Source: Crocinitomicaceae bacterium
GTDB lineage: Bacteria > Bacteroidota > Bacteroidia > Flavobacteriales_D > Crocinitomicaceae
DNA length: 64,000 bases
Direction of reading: 5' to 3'
Assembly (NCBI GenBank): GCA_044348665.1
Contig: JBIKSI010000001.1
Span: 19,784-83,783, forward strand
Part shown: piece by piece, positions 45,930 to 56,459 of the stretch
Numbering within the stretch: the stretch's first letter is position 1
How the letters are laid out: each line of letters starts with the position of its first letter
Position numbers and translations under genes: made by a program
The notes under the pieces: generated by a model
The model's input: only the letters and a program-made list of their open reading frames with translations
Told to the model about the DNA's origin: nothing
Database searches by the model: none

Positions 45930-47801
45930 ATGAAAAAAATAAATTTATTAATTCTACTTTTTACTACTTCGCTTCTTAATGCACAATTATCTGAGGATTT
46001 TGTACCAAAAGACGCTGTTACAGTTTTTAGTATCAACAATATTTCCTTATTGAAAAAAGTGTCGATGGATGAACTTGTTCAATATGAGTTTATGACTGAG
46101 GTGCAATCAGAGTTATTTGATGGTTCTACAAGTGGAAAAAATTTAAAAGATTCTGGAATAGATTTCGATCAAAAATTAAATGTTTTTTATGGGCAGAATG
46201 AAAATTTTGAAGTAGCAGGTTTTTCCTTTGGAATAAGCGATAAGAAAAAATTATTTAGTGTTTTTGATGATTTTGACCGAAAAGAAACCAAGGTGGAAGG
46301 AATTGAACTTTATTCAAGTTACTTCAATCATCTGATTATTAAAGGAAATGTTGGAATGGTTTTGAGAGTTGATCCAACTTATGAAAAAATTTCGGTCATC
46401 ACAGATTCAATCTGGATGGCAAGAGGTTTTGGTTATTTTTACGATGGTCAAGACAATGCTTTCGACGAGGAAAACATTGAAATTGAGGAAGAAGATGAAG
46501 AGGTTTTTCAAGAAGAACAAATTTTTGAGGAAGAAGTGGGTGACTCCATCGATCCAGAAATATTGGATGAATTTGATTTAATGAACAAAAATTACTGGGA
46601 AATGCGAGATAGCATTACTAATGAATTGCAATTCAAGTATTTTACAGTTATCATGAACGAAATATATGTTCAAAATGTCCATTTAAAAAATCAAGATACA
46701 AAGTTTGCCAATCAACTATTGCATAATTCTGACGGAATTTTTTACTTAGATAACTCAAGAAATCTAAATTCTGCAAAAGGATTGTGGTACTTCCAATCAA
46801 TTTTTCCTGAATTATACACCGATTTGAAGAAACTTTATACTGGAAATGTCATGCTGGGTGATATTGTCCTAAATGAGAATTCTGTCGACATACTTTTTGA
46901 GGCAAATTATGGAGAAGCATTGGGTGCAATTTATGAAAAATTAAATGGGACAAAATTTGACAAAAATGTACTCAGCTACATTCATCAAGATGCAACTGGA
47001 TTTTTCACCTACAACATCAACTTAAAGGAAGGGTACAACCAAGCTTACGACATAATCATTCCAATTTTAAGTCAAGAAAAAGATCCTCGTATTTCTAGTA
47101 ATGTATTGATGGCGGAATTAATCAATGAATTCGTTGATACAGATGCACTTTTTGATACGTATCAAGGAAGTATGTTTGGAAGTTTTAATGGAATTAAACA
47201 AGTTAAAACAAAAAAAATTGAGTTTTTCTATGATGAAGAAACATTTGAATATGGCGAAAAAGAAATTGAGGGAGTAGAAGAAATGCCAATTTTCACCATG
47301 GGGTTTACCACAAAACGAAATGATGTTCCTGAGAAGGTTTTAAAACATTTTGGTAGAATGACCTCCCGTTTCAAAAATATGGGTTCTTACTGGATTATTG
47401 AGGACGCTATTTTTAATTCTGTTCCAATGTATGTAATTAATAACAATAAATTATTGATTTTTACCAATGACGAAGATTTGGCTAAAAACCATAGCAATGG
47501 ATATGGATCAAAAGCCTTAAAAGGTGCCAAAGCTAAAGCTGCTAAAAAGAGTAAATTTATGTATGCATATTTTGATTGGGGTAAAGCTTTAGACAAATTA
47601 CCTAGAGCTATTTTCAATACCAATCAAAATGAAATATTGGATGCAATGCGTGGAAAAACAGGTCTAATTGAATTAACATCCTCAAAGACAACTAAAGAAA
47701 AAACCAGCTTTAATTTAACCTACAAATTTGAAGGTGATTTTGAAAACTCAGGAAAATATTTGTTGGATCTAGTTAATTCTGTTTACGTATTATCAAAATA
47801 A
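45930..47801 (+). CDS. Hypothetical secreted protein with an internal acidic tract (possibly DUF4836-like)
   Basis: MKKINLLILLFTTSLLNAQ signal peptide and the acidic run ENIEIEEEDEEVFQEEQIFEEEVGD. The family guess is from memory and weak. Confidence 0.5.
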   Translation: MKKINLLILLFTTSLLNAQLSEDFVPKDAVTVFSINNISLLKKVSMDELVQYEFMTEVQSELFDGSTSGKNLKDSGIDFDQKLNVFYGQNENFEVAGFSFGISDKKKLFSVFDDFDRKETKVEGIELYSSYFNHLIIKGNVGMVLRVDPTYEKISVITDSIWMARGFGYFYDGQDNAFDEENIEIEEEDEEVFQEEQIFEEEVGDSIDPEILDEFDLMNKNYWEMRDSITNELQFKYFTVIMNEIYVQNVHLKNQDTKFANQLLHNSDGIFYLDNSRNLNSAKGLWYFQSIFPELYTDLKKLYTGNVMLGDIVLNENSVDILFEANYGEALGAIYEKLNGTKFDKNVLSYIHQDATGFFTYNINLKEGYNQAYDIIIPILSQEKDPRISSNVLMAELINEFVDTDALFDTYQGSMFGSFNGIKQVKTKKIEFFYDEETFEYGEKEIEGVEEMPIFTMGFTTKRNDVPEKVLKHFGRMTSRFKNMGSYWIIEDAIFNSVPMYVINNNKLLIFTNDEDLAKNHSNGYGSKALKGAKAKAAKKSKFMYAYFDWGKALDKLPRAIFNTNQNEILDAMRGKTGLIELTSSKTTKEKTSFNLTYKFEGDFENSGKYLLDLVNSVYVLSK

Positions 47802-47837
47802 ATTCAAACTTAGTCTGCAAAGTAAGGTAAAAAGTTT

Positions 47838-49187
47838 ATGTTAGCGAGAAAAGGTCTTTTTATTGTTTTATTGATTTCTTTAATTGCAGGTTATTTCTAT
47901 TTTCGACCTTTTTTGAATGGTGTTGTAGAAGAACCTGAAATTGTGGATCGACTTCCTGTAGGAGATTTTATTGGCAAAATGTATATCTTGGACATTGCAC
48001 GTGAAACCAATTCCTTTTTATACTATAATAAATTGCCATTTAGAGACTTTTTGACTTATGAATTTATTTTAGCACAAGGTAAAAGTTATGGATTAGATTT
48101 GCAAAAACCTGTCTATTTTTTCGCCAATGAAAATGGTGAATGGGGTTCACTTGTTACCTTAAATGATAGTAGTAAAATCATTTCGGGTATGAATCGTATC
48201 AAGCAAGAATTGGTTTTAAGTGATACTTTAGTTGGCGGTCAAAAGGTAAAAAAAATACCGAACGAAAATATTTACATGACTTATGGTAAAAATTGGATGT
48301 TTATCTATCACGGTAAACAATTGCCAAAAAGGATGTATCACGTCATCTATTCGAAAAAGAAGGATGTGCATCCCTTGTGGAAGGATTTTTTAGCTCAAAA
48401 ACAATTTTCTAATGAAAGTGTAAGTGTTTATTCTAATTGGAAAAAAATAAGAGAATTTGGGGTTCAAAATGCACTCCTTTCTTTTGACTGCGATTCCATT
48501 AACTTTCATATAAAATCCTATGTAAAAGGAAAAGAGGAATATAATATCGCCGTGAAAGATAGTGGATTAGCCTTGGTTCGAAACCCAACAACCGATCGTT
48601 TTTTAAGCATGCATTTTAATGTTTCAAAATTAAGAAATAATCCAAACGACCCGCTCGTAAAATTGGCAGCTAAACTAGGAAAAAGAATTAGTTTCCCGAT
48701 TTATGATTTTTTAAGAGCTTGGGAAGGAGATCTAACGCTTCAGGAAGGTGGGCAACAAACAATTAAAGAAACTTACATAGAAACTGAATTTGATGATGAT
48801 TTTAACGCTACTGAGGTGAAAAAGGAGAAAGAAGTTACAATTATGGGTTATTCCGTTTTACTTTCCATGAATAGTTTTCAAAAAGAATTTATTTCAAAAT
48901 TATTTGCAAAAGGAATTATGAGGAAGGAAAATAATCGTTTTTACATCCTTACTTCACCCCCTTTAAAAATAAATCAAAAGCCAAATTTCCTGCTGCTTCA
49001 TTCATCTGAACATGCTCCGAAACTTGGTATTAGTAAAGAGAATAAAGCTTCTTGGATACATGAAAAAACCAAATTTAATTTTCAATTAGATTCACTTAAT
49101 TCAAACGAATTGTTTTTCTCTTTCCACTTTCCTGGCGTTGCCTTGTTTAAAAAGAACATTTTTAAGACTTTAAGTAATCCTTTTTGA
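47838..49187 (+). CDS. Hypothetical membrane-anchored protein
   Basis: 449-aa ORF with a single N-terminal TM/signal anchor ([17 protein letters not shown]). No recognisable family. Confidence 0.5.
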   Translation: MLARKGLFIVLLISLIAGYFYFRPFLNGVVEEPEIVDRLPVGDFIGKMYILDIARETNSFLYYNKLPFRDFLTYEFILAQGKSYGLDLQKPVYFFANENGEWGSLVTLNDSSKIISGMNRIKQELVLSDTLVGGQKVKKIPNENIYMTYGKNWMFIYHGKQLPKRMYHVIYSKKKDVHPLWKDFLAQKQFSNESVSVYSNWKKIREFGVQNALLSFDCDSINFHIKSYVKGKEEYNIAVKDSGLALVRNPTTDRFLSMHFNVSKLRNNPNDPLVKLAAKLGKRISFPIYDFLRAWEGDLTLQEGGQQTIKETYIETEFDDDFNATEVKKEKEVTIMGYSVLLSMNSFQKEFISKLFAKGIMRKENNRFYILTSPPLKINQKPNFLLLHSSEHAPKLGISKENKASWIHEKTKFNFQLDSLNSNELFFSFHFPGVALFKKNIFKTLSNPF

Positions 49188-49195
49188 GTTTTAAA

Positions 49196-50119
49196 ATGTC
49201 TGCAAAGCAAAAAAACAGCATTCTCATAAAAAAAATTGCAAGTGAATTAGGCTTTCAATTTTGCGGAATCTCAACAAGTGGATTTTTAGAAGAAGAAGCT
49301 CCAAGACTTGAAGATTGGTTAAAAAATGGCTTTCATGGAAAAATGTCTTACATGGAAAATCATTTTGACAAAAGACTGGATACTCGCTTGCTTGTTGAAG
49401 GCTCTAAATCTGTTGTTTCTTTGTTGCTGAATTATTATCCAAATGAATTTCAGGATGCTGATAAACCTAAAATCTCAAAATATGCCTACGGAGATGATTA
49501 TCATGAGGTGATAAAAGCGAAACTTCGCATTTTTTTGGAAAAAATCCAAGAAGAAATAGGAGAAGTGAATGGTCGATCTTTTGTTGATTCTGCTCCCGTG
49601 ATGGATAAAGTTTGGGCAAAAAAGAGTGGTTTGGGTTGGGTCGGAAAAAATGGCAATTTAATTCATCCAAAAAATGGTTCTTTCTTTTTTATAGCGGAAC
49701 TAATTTTGGATTTAGAATTGGAAGCGGACGGTCCAATAAAAGATTATTGTGGAACGTGCACAAGATGCATGGATGCTTGTCCAACTGGAGCTTTAGACAC
49801 CGCCTATATCGTTGATGGCTCAAAATGTATTTCCTATTTGACCATCGAATTGAAGGATGAAATAATTCCAAAAGAATTTGAGAACAAACTCAACTCGTGG
49901 GCTTTTGGTTGCGATATTTGTCAAGATGTTTGCCCTTGGAATCGTTTTTCGAAACCAAATCACATGGAAGAGTTTAAACTCAATGCTGAACTAATAAATT
50001 TATCATTGGCAGATTGGCAGGAATTAGAAGAGGAAAAATTTAAAATTTTAGCTAAAAATAGTCCTATCAAACGCAGCAAATTAAAGGGAATGAAGCGGAA
50101 TGTGCTAAATTTAAAATAA
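49196..50119 (+). CDS. queG: tRNA epoxyqueuosine(34) reductase
   Basis: [16 protein letters not shown] at the N-terminus and two 4Fe-4S motifs, [15 protein letters not shown] and [13 protein letters not shown]. The ATG at 49196 is preferred over the TTG at 49184, which overlaps the upstream stop. Confidence 0.9.
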   Translation: MSAKQKNSILIKKIASELGFQFCGISTSGFLEEEAPRLEDWLKNGFHGKMSYMENHFDKRLDTRLLVEGSKSVVSLLLNYYPNEFQDADKPKISKYAYGDDYHEVIKAKLRIFLEKIQEEIGEVNGRSFVDSAPVMDKVWAKKSGLGWVGKNGNLIHPKNGSFFFIAELILDLELEADGPIKDYCGTCTRCMDACPTGALDTAYIVDGSKCISYLTIELKDEIIPKEFENKLNSWAFGCDICQDVCPWNRFSKPNHMEEFKLNAELINLSLADWQELEEEKFKILAKNSPIKRSKLKGMKRNVLNLK

Positions 50120-50123
50120 AATT

Positions 50124-50603
50124 TTACAAACTTTTTCCACTTTCCAATACCTCATTTTTCAATTGCTCTGCATAATCTAGCATTTTTTGAAGCAAGTCAG
50201 GATTAGAAGAGGCTAAAATTTTGGCAGCTAAAATTCCTGCATTTTTTGCACCATTTAAAGCAACTGTGGCAACAGGAATCCCGTTTGGCATTTGTAAAAT
50301 TGACAAAATACTATCCCAACCATCAATTGAATTTGATGATTTGATTGGCACACCAATTACGGGAAGTGGAGTTAAGGAGGCTGTCATTCCTGGTAAATGT
50401 GCTGCTCCTCCTGCTCCAGCAATAATTACTTTTATTCCTCTTTTATGCGCATTCTGAGCATATTCTAACATCAATTCTGGAGTTCTATGTGCTGAAACAA
50501 CATTTATTTCATAAGACACATTAAAAAAATCTAATATGTTTGCAGCTTCCTGCATGATTGGTAAATCAGATTTACTTCCCATTATTATTCCTACTTCCGC
50601 CAT
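50124..50603 (-). CDS. purE: 5-(carboxyamino)imidazole ribonucleotide mutase
   Basis: [37 protein letters not shown] and PVIGVP. 159 aa. Confidence 0.95.
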   Translation of the reverse strand: MAEVGIIMGSKSDLPIMQEAANILDFFNVSYEINVVSAHRTPELMLEYAQNAHKRGIKVIIAGAGGAAHLPGMTASLTPLPVIGVPIKSSNSIDGWDSILSILQMPNGIPVATVALNGAKNAGILAAKILASSNPDLLQKMLDYAEQLKNEVLESGKSL

Positions 50604-50616
50604 TTTATTTTTTTTG

Positions 50617-50624
50617 CAAAGTTA
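50617..50624 (-). promoter_or_regulatory. Candidate -7 box (TAACTTTG on the minus strand) for purE
   Basis: Plus-strand CAAAGTTA 13 nt upstream of the purE start, which implies a very short leader. Confidence 0.4.
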
Positions 50625-50646
50625 GTAAAGGAATTAGAATTTATTC

Positions 50647-51153
50647 TTAATCCAATTTAACTATTTTACATCGCTTAGTTAACTCATCTTTTGAAATCAA
50701 TAAATTTAACTGCTTTTCTGGATCAGTTAATTTAGTTCTGTTACCACAATCACACAATTCAATTAGCGGGTCTTTGTCTTGAATGAGTTCGTATAATTCT
50801 TTCAAACTTGGAACCATTTTTAAGGCTGCGTATTCTTGATAAGTCAAATTTAAAAATGCTACATTTCTGCCAATTCCTTTGTTGTCAAGCAAGTAGTCTT
50901 TTTTTAGTTTACTTGGTAAGGCTAATTTACCATCGACGTATAAATCACTTGGCATTGGATAAGAAATGATTTCCGATTTATCATCTGAAAGAAAAACGGG
51001 CACAAAATTGCTATAATCTTTTTTTGTCTTGTAGATTAAGGCTTGTGGTCCAGCAACATATTGCGGTGTGTAAAGTTCTTTTTTCTTGAATAAATGTCCA
51101 CTTTTACATGCACTTAGGGCGAAAATCAAGGAACTAAAAAACAGAATTCTCAT
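50647..51153 (-). CDS. Hypothetical lipoprotein whose start overlaps the stop of the upstream C10 protease gene
   Basis: Lipobox FALSAC. The ATGA overlap (51150-51153) with the protease stop suggests coupled translation. No recognisable family. Confidence 0.55.
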   Translation of the reverse strand: MRILFFSSLIFALSACKSGHLFKKKELYTPQYVAGPQALIYKTKKDYSNFVPVFLSDDKSEIISYPMPSDLYVDGKLALPSKLKKDYLLDNKGIGRNVAFLNLTYQEYAALKMVPSLKELYELIQDKDPLIELCDCGNRTKLTDPEKQLNLLISKDELTKRCKIVKLD

Positions 51154-53732
51154 CTTGAAACAATTATTTTCTTAGTTAAAATACCTTTTTCTGTGTAAAC
51201 TTGAAGTAAGTAAATTCCACCTGCAACATCATTTAAGGGAAAACATAATTTCTTGTCAAAGTTTGCTGATGCATCAAAAGCTTGAATCAATTCTCCTTGA
51301 ATGGTAGCAAAAGTAATACTGCTTATTTCAGCTTCAAATTCTTCGAAATTCACATTGATTTTATCTTTCGCTGGATTTGGGAAAATTTGAATTTTGTTAC
51401 TTAGCTCTGCCTCGTTTATTCCAGTAAATGAAGTTCTTGTAATTCCTAAATCAAACAAATAAGTTCCTGTTTCACCAGCAAAATAAGGAGCAATTTTAAA
51501 ATAAACGGTAGACGGTCCGACATTCAAAGTGGAAGGTAAAACATCATCATAGACGTCTGACCAATTTATTCCATCATTAGAATACGAAAATAATGCATCT
51601 ACTGAATAAGAATTTCCATTTCCAGCGTTGTAGGAATCGTGAATTCTAGGATTTAAGGTATAATCGTAACCCGGTTCAAGTACAATTTTAAAATAATCAA
51701 TGTCTGTTTCAACATGAATATTTGTGCCATCTGTCGTGACGTTTGCACTATTGTTTGAAAAAGTTGCTTGTAAATTATATGCTTGGGAGTAGGTATTATT
51801 TACTTCATACATATCTGCAATTATTCCTGGTGCTGAAACGTTAACTTTAATTGGATTTTGGAAATAACTTGATCCAGATAATTCCCAGCCTGTGTTGTTT
51901 TCATTGTGCATTACAGCCATCAAATAAGTTCCTGGTTCAACGGAAATCGAACTAGTACTAAAGTTCAAAAATGGAGCCTGATAAGTGAAAGTAGGCTGTA
52001 AACCCGAGTTTTCATTCACTACGTTGATAGTTTGAGCAAAGGTTCCATCCAATTGAAACAAGTCAACACTGTATTCCCCAATAAAATCTTGAGCTCCATC
52101 ATTAATCACGTTTACTGTCACAGAAGCTCCTTGTCCTTGCGTTAAACTTAATCCAGGTGAAACGGCAATTTCAGAATACAATTCCAGATCATTTGGGTTA
52201 TTAACATTAATTTGAACGTAGTTTGTGTAGGCTCCATTGTTTTCAATTTCCATCCAATTTTCGCCATTTGGTCGGTAAAAAATTCCAATGTAATAAGTTC
52301 CCGGTAGCATGCTCAACATTCCTGTGCTTGAAAAAACTAGTTCGTTAGTATGGTGATTTCCGATAGCTAAATTTTGGCTACTAATTGTTTGAATGTATTC
52401 TACAAAATTAAATTGTGCGTCAAAAACAGCAGCCGTATAATCACCACTAAAATTTGTATTGCTATTGTTTACAATATTTGTACTTACATCAAAACTTTGT
52501 CCATAATAGATGCTAGTCGCTGATGGTGTTACGTAATTGTAAAGAGCCATTGCATATGTTGGCACAGTTGCAGGTGGTTCAATTCCAATTACCGCTTGAT
52601 GTCCGGTATTAAATCCACCACTTCCACCTCCAGTTCCCAACCCAGCAGGATTTAAAGCATTAATTTGAAAATAACCATCGTAAGCACCTCCCCAACCCCA
52701 GTTCATGTGAATAAAATCATTGTCGTCATAACCATCGGCAACGAAACAGTGTCCACCGCCAGATCCAAAACCAGCATATAAAATTGGACGACTAGCATTT
52801 AGTTCAGCTTTTACCAAATTCATCCAATTTGTTTGCGTGTAATTTATACGTTGCACTCCATCCAAAGTGGTTTTGTATCCGAAATAGGTTTTCAATGCAT
52901 ATTCTGAACAAGCTTGAGGCGTAGGACTATTTTCAATTACATAAGCACCACTACTTTGTGGACTGTAATCCATGTCAACACTGACACCACAATGATACAT
53001 TAAAGTTGCAACCGCTGAATTTGAGCTATTCACATTGTTTGGCATAGAAGCCCAATCGTAAGTGGTACTTCCAAAGTTTACGGATAATGTTCCATAATTA
53101 TCATGATTATAAGAATGAAAACCAGCCCCTTGCGCAGGATAATTCCAATACTTCATAATTTGAGCCATCCCTGTAGCAACACATCCTGTTACGGATGAAC
53201 TAGGACATTGTGCATTTACGTAGGGACTTTGGTTCCATTTTGTCAATAATAAAGGTGCAACTGAAACCTTAAGTTCATAATTAGAATTTGTTTCACTTTT
53301 TAAATTTGTCCATTGAATTTTTATCTCCTCTGTTGCAGGAATGTTGTTTTCAATAACGTATCTAATTTGATTTTTATATTCTTCAAGCCATTTTTGTGTA
53401 CTTTGAGAAATGGCATTTGGGTCAAAAACTCCTTCATAGGAATATCCCAAAACAGGACTAACTTGATCGTCAGCAGCAACGATGACAAAACCAAGTGCAT
53501 TTACATTAAATACATAATAATAGGAAGTGGAATTGTGATGTACTTTTGAAATCAAGTTCAGATTCAACTCATTTGCCCCTAAAGGACATTTGGTTTTGTT
53601 CATTAAAAAAGCTTTTCCTACTTGTTTTGCTTTAATTTCATCGATTTGTACAGCAAACGAAAAGTTAGCAATAAAAAGTAGGACAATAGTAAGCGTAAAT
53701 ATTTTTTTCATAGTGAATAAATTAAATTTCAA
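51150..53732 (-). CDS. C10-family (streptopain/SpeB-like) cysteine peptidase with two beta-sandwich domains, a PPC-like domain and a type-A T9SS C-terminal domain
   Basis: Catalytic Cys context TGCVATGMAQIMKYWNYP and His context GGGHCFVADGYD, followed by WGWGG. PPC-like segment DMYEVNNTYSQAYNL...DIDYFKIVLEPGYDY. The C-terminus IFPNPAKDKINV...GGIYLLQVYTEKGILTKKIIVSR is a Por_Secre_tail-type CTD. The start may instead be the Met at 53711 (MKKIFTL...). Confidence 0.85.
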   Translation of the reverse strand: MKFNLFTMKKIFTLTIVLLFIANFSFAVQIDEIKAKQVGKAFLMNKTKCPLGANELNLNLISKVHHNSTSYYYVFNVNALGFVIVAADDQVSPVLGYSYEGVFDPNAISQSTQKWLEEYKNQIRYVIENNIPATEEIKIQWTNLKSETNSNYELKVSVAPLLLTKWNQSPYVNAQCPSSSVTGCVATGMAQIMKYWNYPAQGAGFHSYNHDNYGTLSVNFGSTTYDWASMPNNVNSSNSAVATLMYHCGVSVDMDYSPQSSGAYVIENSPTPQACSEYALKTYFGYKTTLDGVQRINYTQTNWMNLVKAELNASRPILYAGFGSGGGHCFVADGYDDNDFIHMNWGWGGAYDGYFQINALNPAGLGTGGGSGGFNTGHQAVIGIEPPATVPTYAMALYNYVTPSATSIYYGQSFDVSTNIVNNSNTNFSGDYTAAVFDAQFNFVEYIQTISSQNLAIGNHHTNELVFSSTGMLSMLPGTYYIGIFYRPNGENWMEIENNGAYTNYVQINVNNPNDLELYSEIAVSPGLSLTQGQGASVTVNVINDGAQDFIGEYSVDLFQLDGTFAQTINVVNENSGLQPTFTYQAPFLNFSTSSISVEPGTYLMAVMHNENNTGWELSGSSYFQNPIKVNVSAPGIIADMYEVNNTYSQAYNLQATFSNNSANVTTDGTNIHVETDIDYFKIVLEPGYDYTLNPRIHDSYNAGNGNSYSVDALFSYSNDGINWSDVYDDVLPSTLNVGPSTVYFKIAPYFAGETGTYLFDLGITRTSFTGINEAELSNKIQIFPNPAKDKINVNFEEFEAEISSITFATIQGELIQAFDASANFDKKLCFPLNDVAGGIYLLQVYTEKGILTKKIIVSR

Positions 53733-53758
53733 GAATAAAGAAAAAACAATTTTGATGC

Positions 53759-53766
53759 CAAAACTA
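53759..53766 (-). promoter_or_regulatory. Candidate -7 box (TAGTTTTG on the minus strand) for the C10 protease gene
   Basis: Plus-strand CAAAACTA 26 nt upstream of the start at 53732. A second match (TATCTTTG on the minus strand, plus-strand coordinates 53818-53825) lies further upstream. Confidence 0.4.
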
Positions 53767-53893
53767 AAATTTCAACAAAAATCTCGCTTCTTATTTATTC
53801 TTTTGTTAAGTTAAACCCAAAGATAGATAATTAATTTAAAAAGTAGAAAAATTTGTATTTAGATATTGAAAAATTAATCGAGAAGTGTTTCTC

Positions 53894-54772
53894 CTAATTC
53901 CTCTTATCAACACCCCAAGACATTTTATTTCGAATGGTATCTAAGAAATTGTTGTCTTCAAATTTCACGACATTGATTAAAAATTCTGCTTTGGTGATAC
54001 TAACTTCTTCGTCTTGTGAAATACTTTTCGAAATGGAATCTAAACTCAAGAGGTATTTTCGTTCGCGCCCTTCTACGGTTAATTTGATTGGAAAATGATC
54101 TGGTACAACCATCGGACGAACACTTAAATTATGTGGTGCAATTGGATTTATGATATGAACTTGGCATCCCGGTGTTACAATTGGACCTCCACAAGATAAA
54201 CTATAAGCTGTTGAACCTGTTGGTGTAGCAATGATTAGCCCATCTGCCCAATAAGAATTTAAATATAAATCACCTAAACTTGCGTGCACGGTAATCATTG
54301 AGGAAGTATCTTTTTTGTGTAAGGTTACCTCATTAAGTGCAATATTATCATCGCCAAAAATGTTATCAGCCGTATTTACGCGCAACAAAGACCTTTTTTG
54401 ATACTCAAACTGTTTATTTTTGACCATGTCTAAAGTTCTTTCCAATTCTTCTGGATTCACATTTGCCAAAAAGCCCAAACGACCCATATTTACGCCTGTT
54501 ACTGGAACACCGCTGTTTCGAATGTATTTAACCGTTTGAATAAATGTTCCATCGCCACCCACACTGATTGCCAAATCAATTCCACTTAAAAAATCTGTAT
54601 GATTGGCAAAAGTTTTACAGTTTGAACCAACACCCACCTTACGCACCAATTGCTCTTTCAAATCTGTTTCTAAGACTGCATTCCAACCAAATTTTGAAAT
54701 TAATTGTAACACATTTTCAAAATATTTTGAATTCTGTTTGGTGATTTTTCTACCGTAAATAGCTATGTTCAT
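53894..54772 (-). CDS. nadK: NAD kinase
   Basis: VGGDGTFI, NMGRLGFL and TPTGSTAYSLSCGGPIV motifs. 292 aa. Confidence 0.9.
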   Translation of the reverse strand: MNIAIYGRKITKQNSKYFENVLQLISKFGWNAVLETDLKEQLVRKVGVGSNCKTFANHTDFLSGIDLAISVGGDGTFIQTVKYIRNSGVPVTGVNMGRLGFLANVNPEELERTLDMVKNKQFEYQKRSLLRVNTADNIFGDDNIALNEVTLHKKDTSSMITVHASLGDLYLNSYWADGLIIATPTGSTAYSLSCGGPIVTPGCQVHIINPIAPHNLSVRPMVVPDHFPIKLTVEGRERKYLLSLDSISKSISQDEEVSITKAEFLINVVKFEDNNFLDTIRNKMSWGVDKRN

Positions 54773-54811
54773 GGTGAATAGATGAAATCCTGATTTATAA
54801 GACTTAAAGCC

Positions 54812-55474
54812 TTAAAATTTAAGAAAATTTAAAAGTGCGTCGTACCTCAATTGCAAATCATCATCAAAAGCACTTTTCTGAAAAGAGGCGCTGATTGTAT
54901 AATCATACCTCTCAAAAGTTCTAATGATACGATCCAATTCAATTTGATTGATTTTTAGCGTGACCTCCAATTTTGTTGAATCAGGAGAAGACATGATGTA
55001 AGAACTCAAAATTCGGGCGTTATTACTTTCTACAATTTGTGCAATCTGAGCCAAAGAATAGTTGTTTTGATTTACTTCCAAGACAATTATTCCGCCTTGT
55101 TCTTTAATACTTCCTGTATTTGCAATCAACTGAATTAATTGGTGAATGCTTGTGCACCCTAGATACTTTTCATCTTCACTTAAGATGGGAATGACAGAAA
55201 TTTTGTGTTCAGCAACTTTAAATAACACTTCATAAATATGTGCGCCTTCTTTGACATAAGGACGTGGAAGGTGATCAAAAAGTACATCTAAACTTTGAGT
55301 TAAATCTTGTCTGTCAAGTATATCTGTTTCAGAAATTAAACCAACGAAATTGTCGTTTTTTAAAACTGGCAAATGCGAAACCTTAAATTCATCCATCCAA
55401 CGCAAGGCTGTTTCACCAGAATCCGTGTGTTTCAAAGGAGGAATTTCGTCTGTAATTAAATCTTTTGCTATCAT
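54812..55474 (-). CDS. CBS-domain pair protein
   Basis: Two CBS-like units (VSHLPVLKNDNFVGLISETDIL and ISVIPILSEDEKYLGCTSIHQL) plus a C-terminal ACT-like segment. The CBS-nadK neighbourhood is common in Bacteroidota. Confidence 0.75.
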   Translation of the reverse strand: MIAKDLITDEIPPLKHTDSGETALRWMDEFKVSHLPVLKNDNFVGLISETDILDRQDLTQSLDVLFDHLPRPYVKEGAHIYEVLFKVAEHKISVIPILSEDEKYLGCTSIHQLIQLIANTGSIKEQGGIIVLEVNQNNYSLAQIAQIVESNNARILSSYIMSSPDSTKLEVTLKINQIELDRIIRTFERYDYTISASFQKSAFDDDLQLRYDALLNFLKF

Positions 55475-55628
55475 TATAGTGCCAAATTAGTAAAATTCTT
55501 TATGTAAATCGCAAATGTGCAAAAAATTATGGGAAAAAGCACGAATACTTCCTCTTTGAATGAAGACAGAAAGTTACTTTCAAATTTAAAAATAGAAATT
55601 TTGAAGTGAAAATTCTTAAATCTTGTTA

Positions 55629-56369
55629 TTACATATTCTCCAAAATCTTGAAGAAAATATCGCGTTTTGCGGGAGAAATAGGAACTTCAGAACCATCTTT
55701 CATTATTACTGTTCCACCGTGCGCTTTATCATAGCGATCTACATAATCTAAATTTACTAAGTGGGATTGTTGAACGCGTAAAAAGTTGTGACCTGTCAAA
55801 AGGGTTTCATAGTCTTTTAGGGTTTTAGATACCAATATTTTTTTGTGGTCGACTAAATAAAACGACGTATAATTTCTGTCAGATTCACAACGAATAATTT
55901 TATCTAAATCAACTACATGCACACTTTCTTGTGTTTTCAACACCAATCTTCTTTTTTGAGATGGTTGAATGTTTTGTTGTAAAGCTTCAAATTGAGAATC
56001 TTCGCGCTTATGATCAATACTTTCTATTGCTTTTTCAATGGACTTTTTTAATTCCTCTGGATCAATTGGTTTTAAAATGTAATCTAAAGCGCTAAATTTA
56101 ATTGCTTTGATGGCGAATTCTTCATGGGCAGTAATAAAAATAACCTCAAACGTTTTTTGTGGAATCATTTTCAATAAATCAAAACCTGTACCATCAGGCA
56201 TTTGAATGTCTAAAAAAACTATATCTGGTTTGATTTCTTCAATTGCTTTTAGACCTGAAGTAACATTCTCCCCAATAGGAAAAGTTTCAATTCCAAGTTC
56301 AAAAGATTCAATCAATTTTGCAATTAATTCCCTAGTTCTTTTCTCATCATCAATTATTACAGCTTTCAT
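55629..56369 (-). CDS. LytTR-family two-component response regulator
   Basis: Receiver domain (KAVIIDDE...DIVFLDIQMPDGTGFDL) plus a LytTR DNA-binding domain (I.RCESDRNYTSFYL...FLRVQQSHLVNLDYV). Confidence 0.9.
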   Translation of the reverse strand: MKAVIIDDEKRTRELIAKLIESFELGIETFPIGENVTSGLKAIEEIKPDIVFLDIQMPDGTGFDLLKMIPQKTFEVIFITAHEEFAIKAIKFSALDYILKPIDPEELKKSIEKAIESIDHKREDSQFEALQQNIQPSQKRRLVLKTQESVHVVDLDKIIRCESDRNYTSFYLVDHKKILVSKTLKDYETLLTGHNFLRVQQSHLVNLDYVDRYDKAHGGTVIMKDGSEVPISPAKRDIFFKILENM

Positions 56370-56459
56370 GAATAATAATCTTTAGTAGTTAATATTTTAA
56401 ATTTAAGTCTGACAAATCAAACTAATCCTTTTCGTGAATTCGTAATGTAAAATTAGTAA

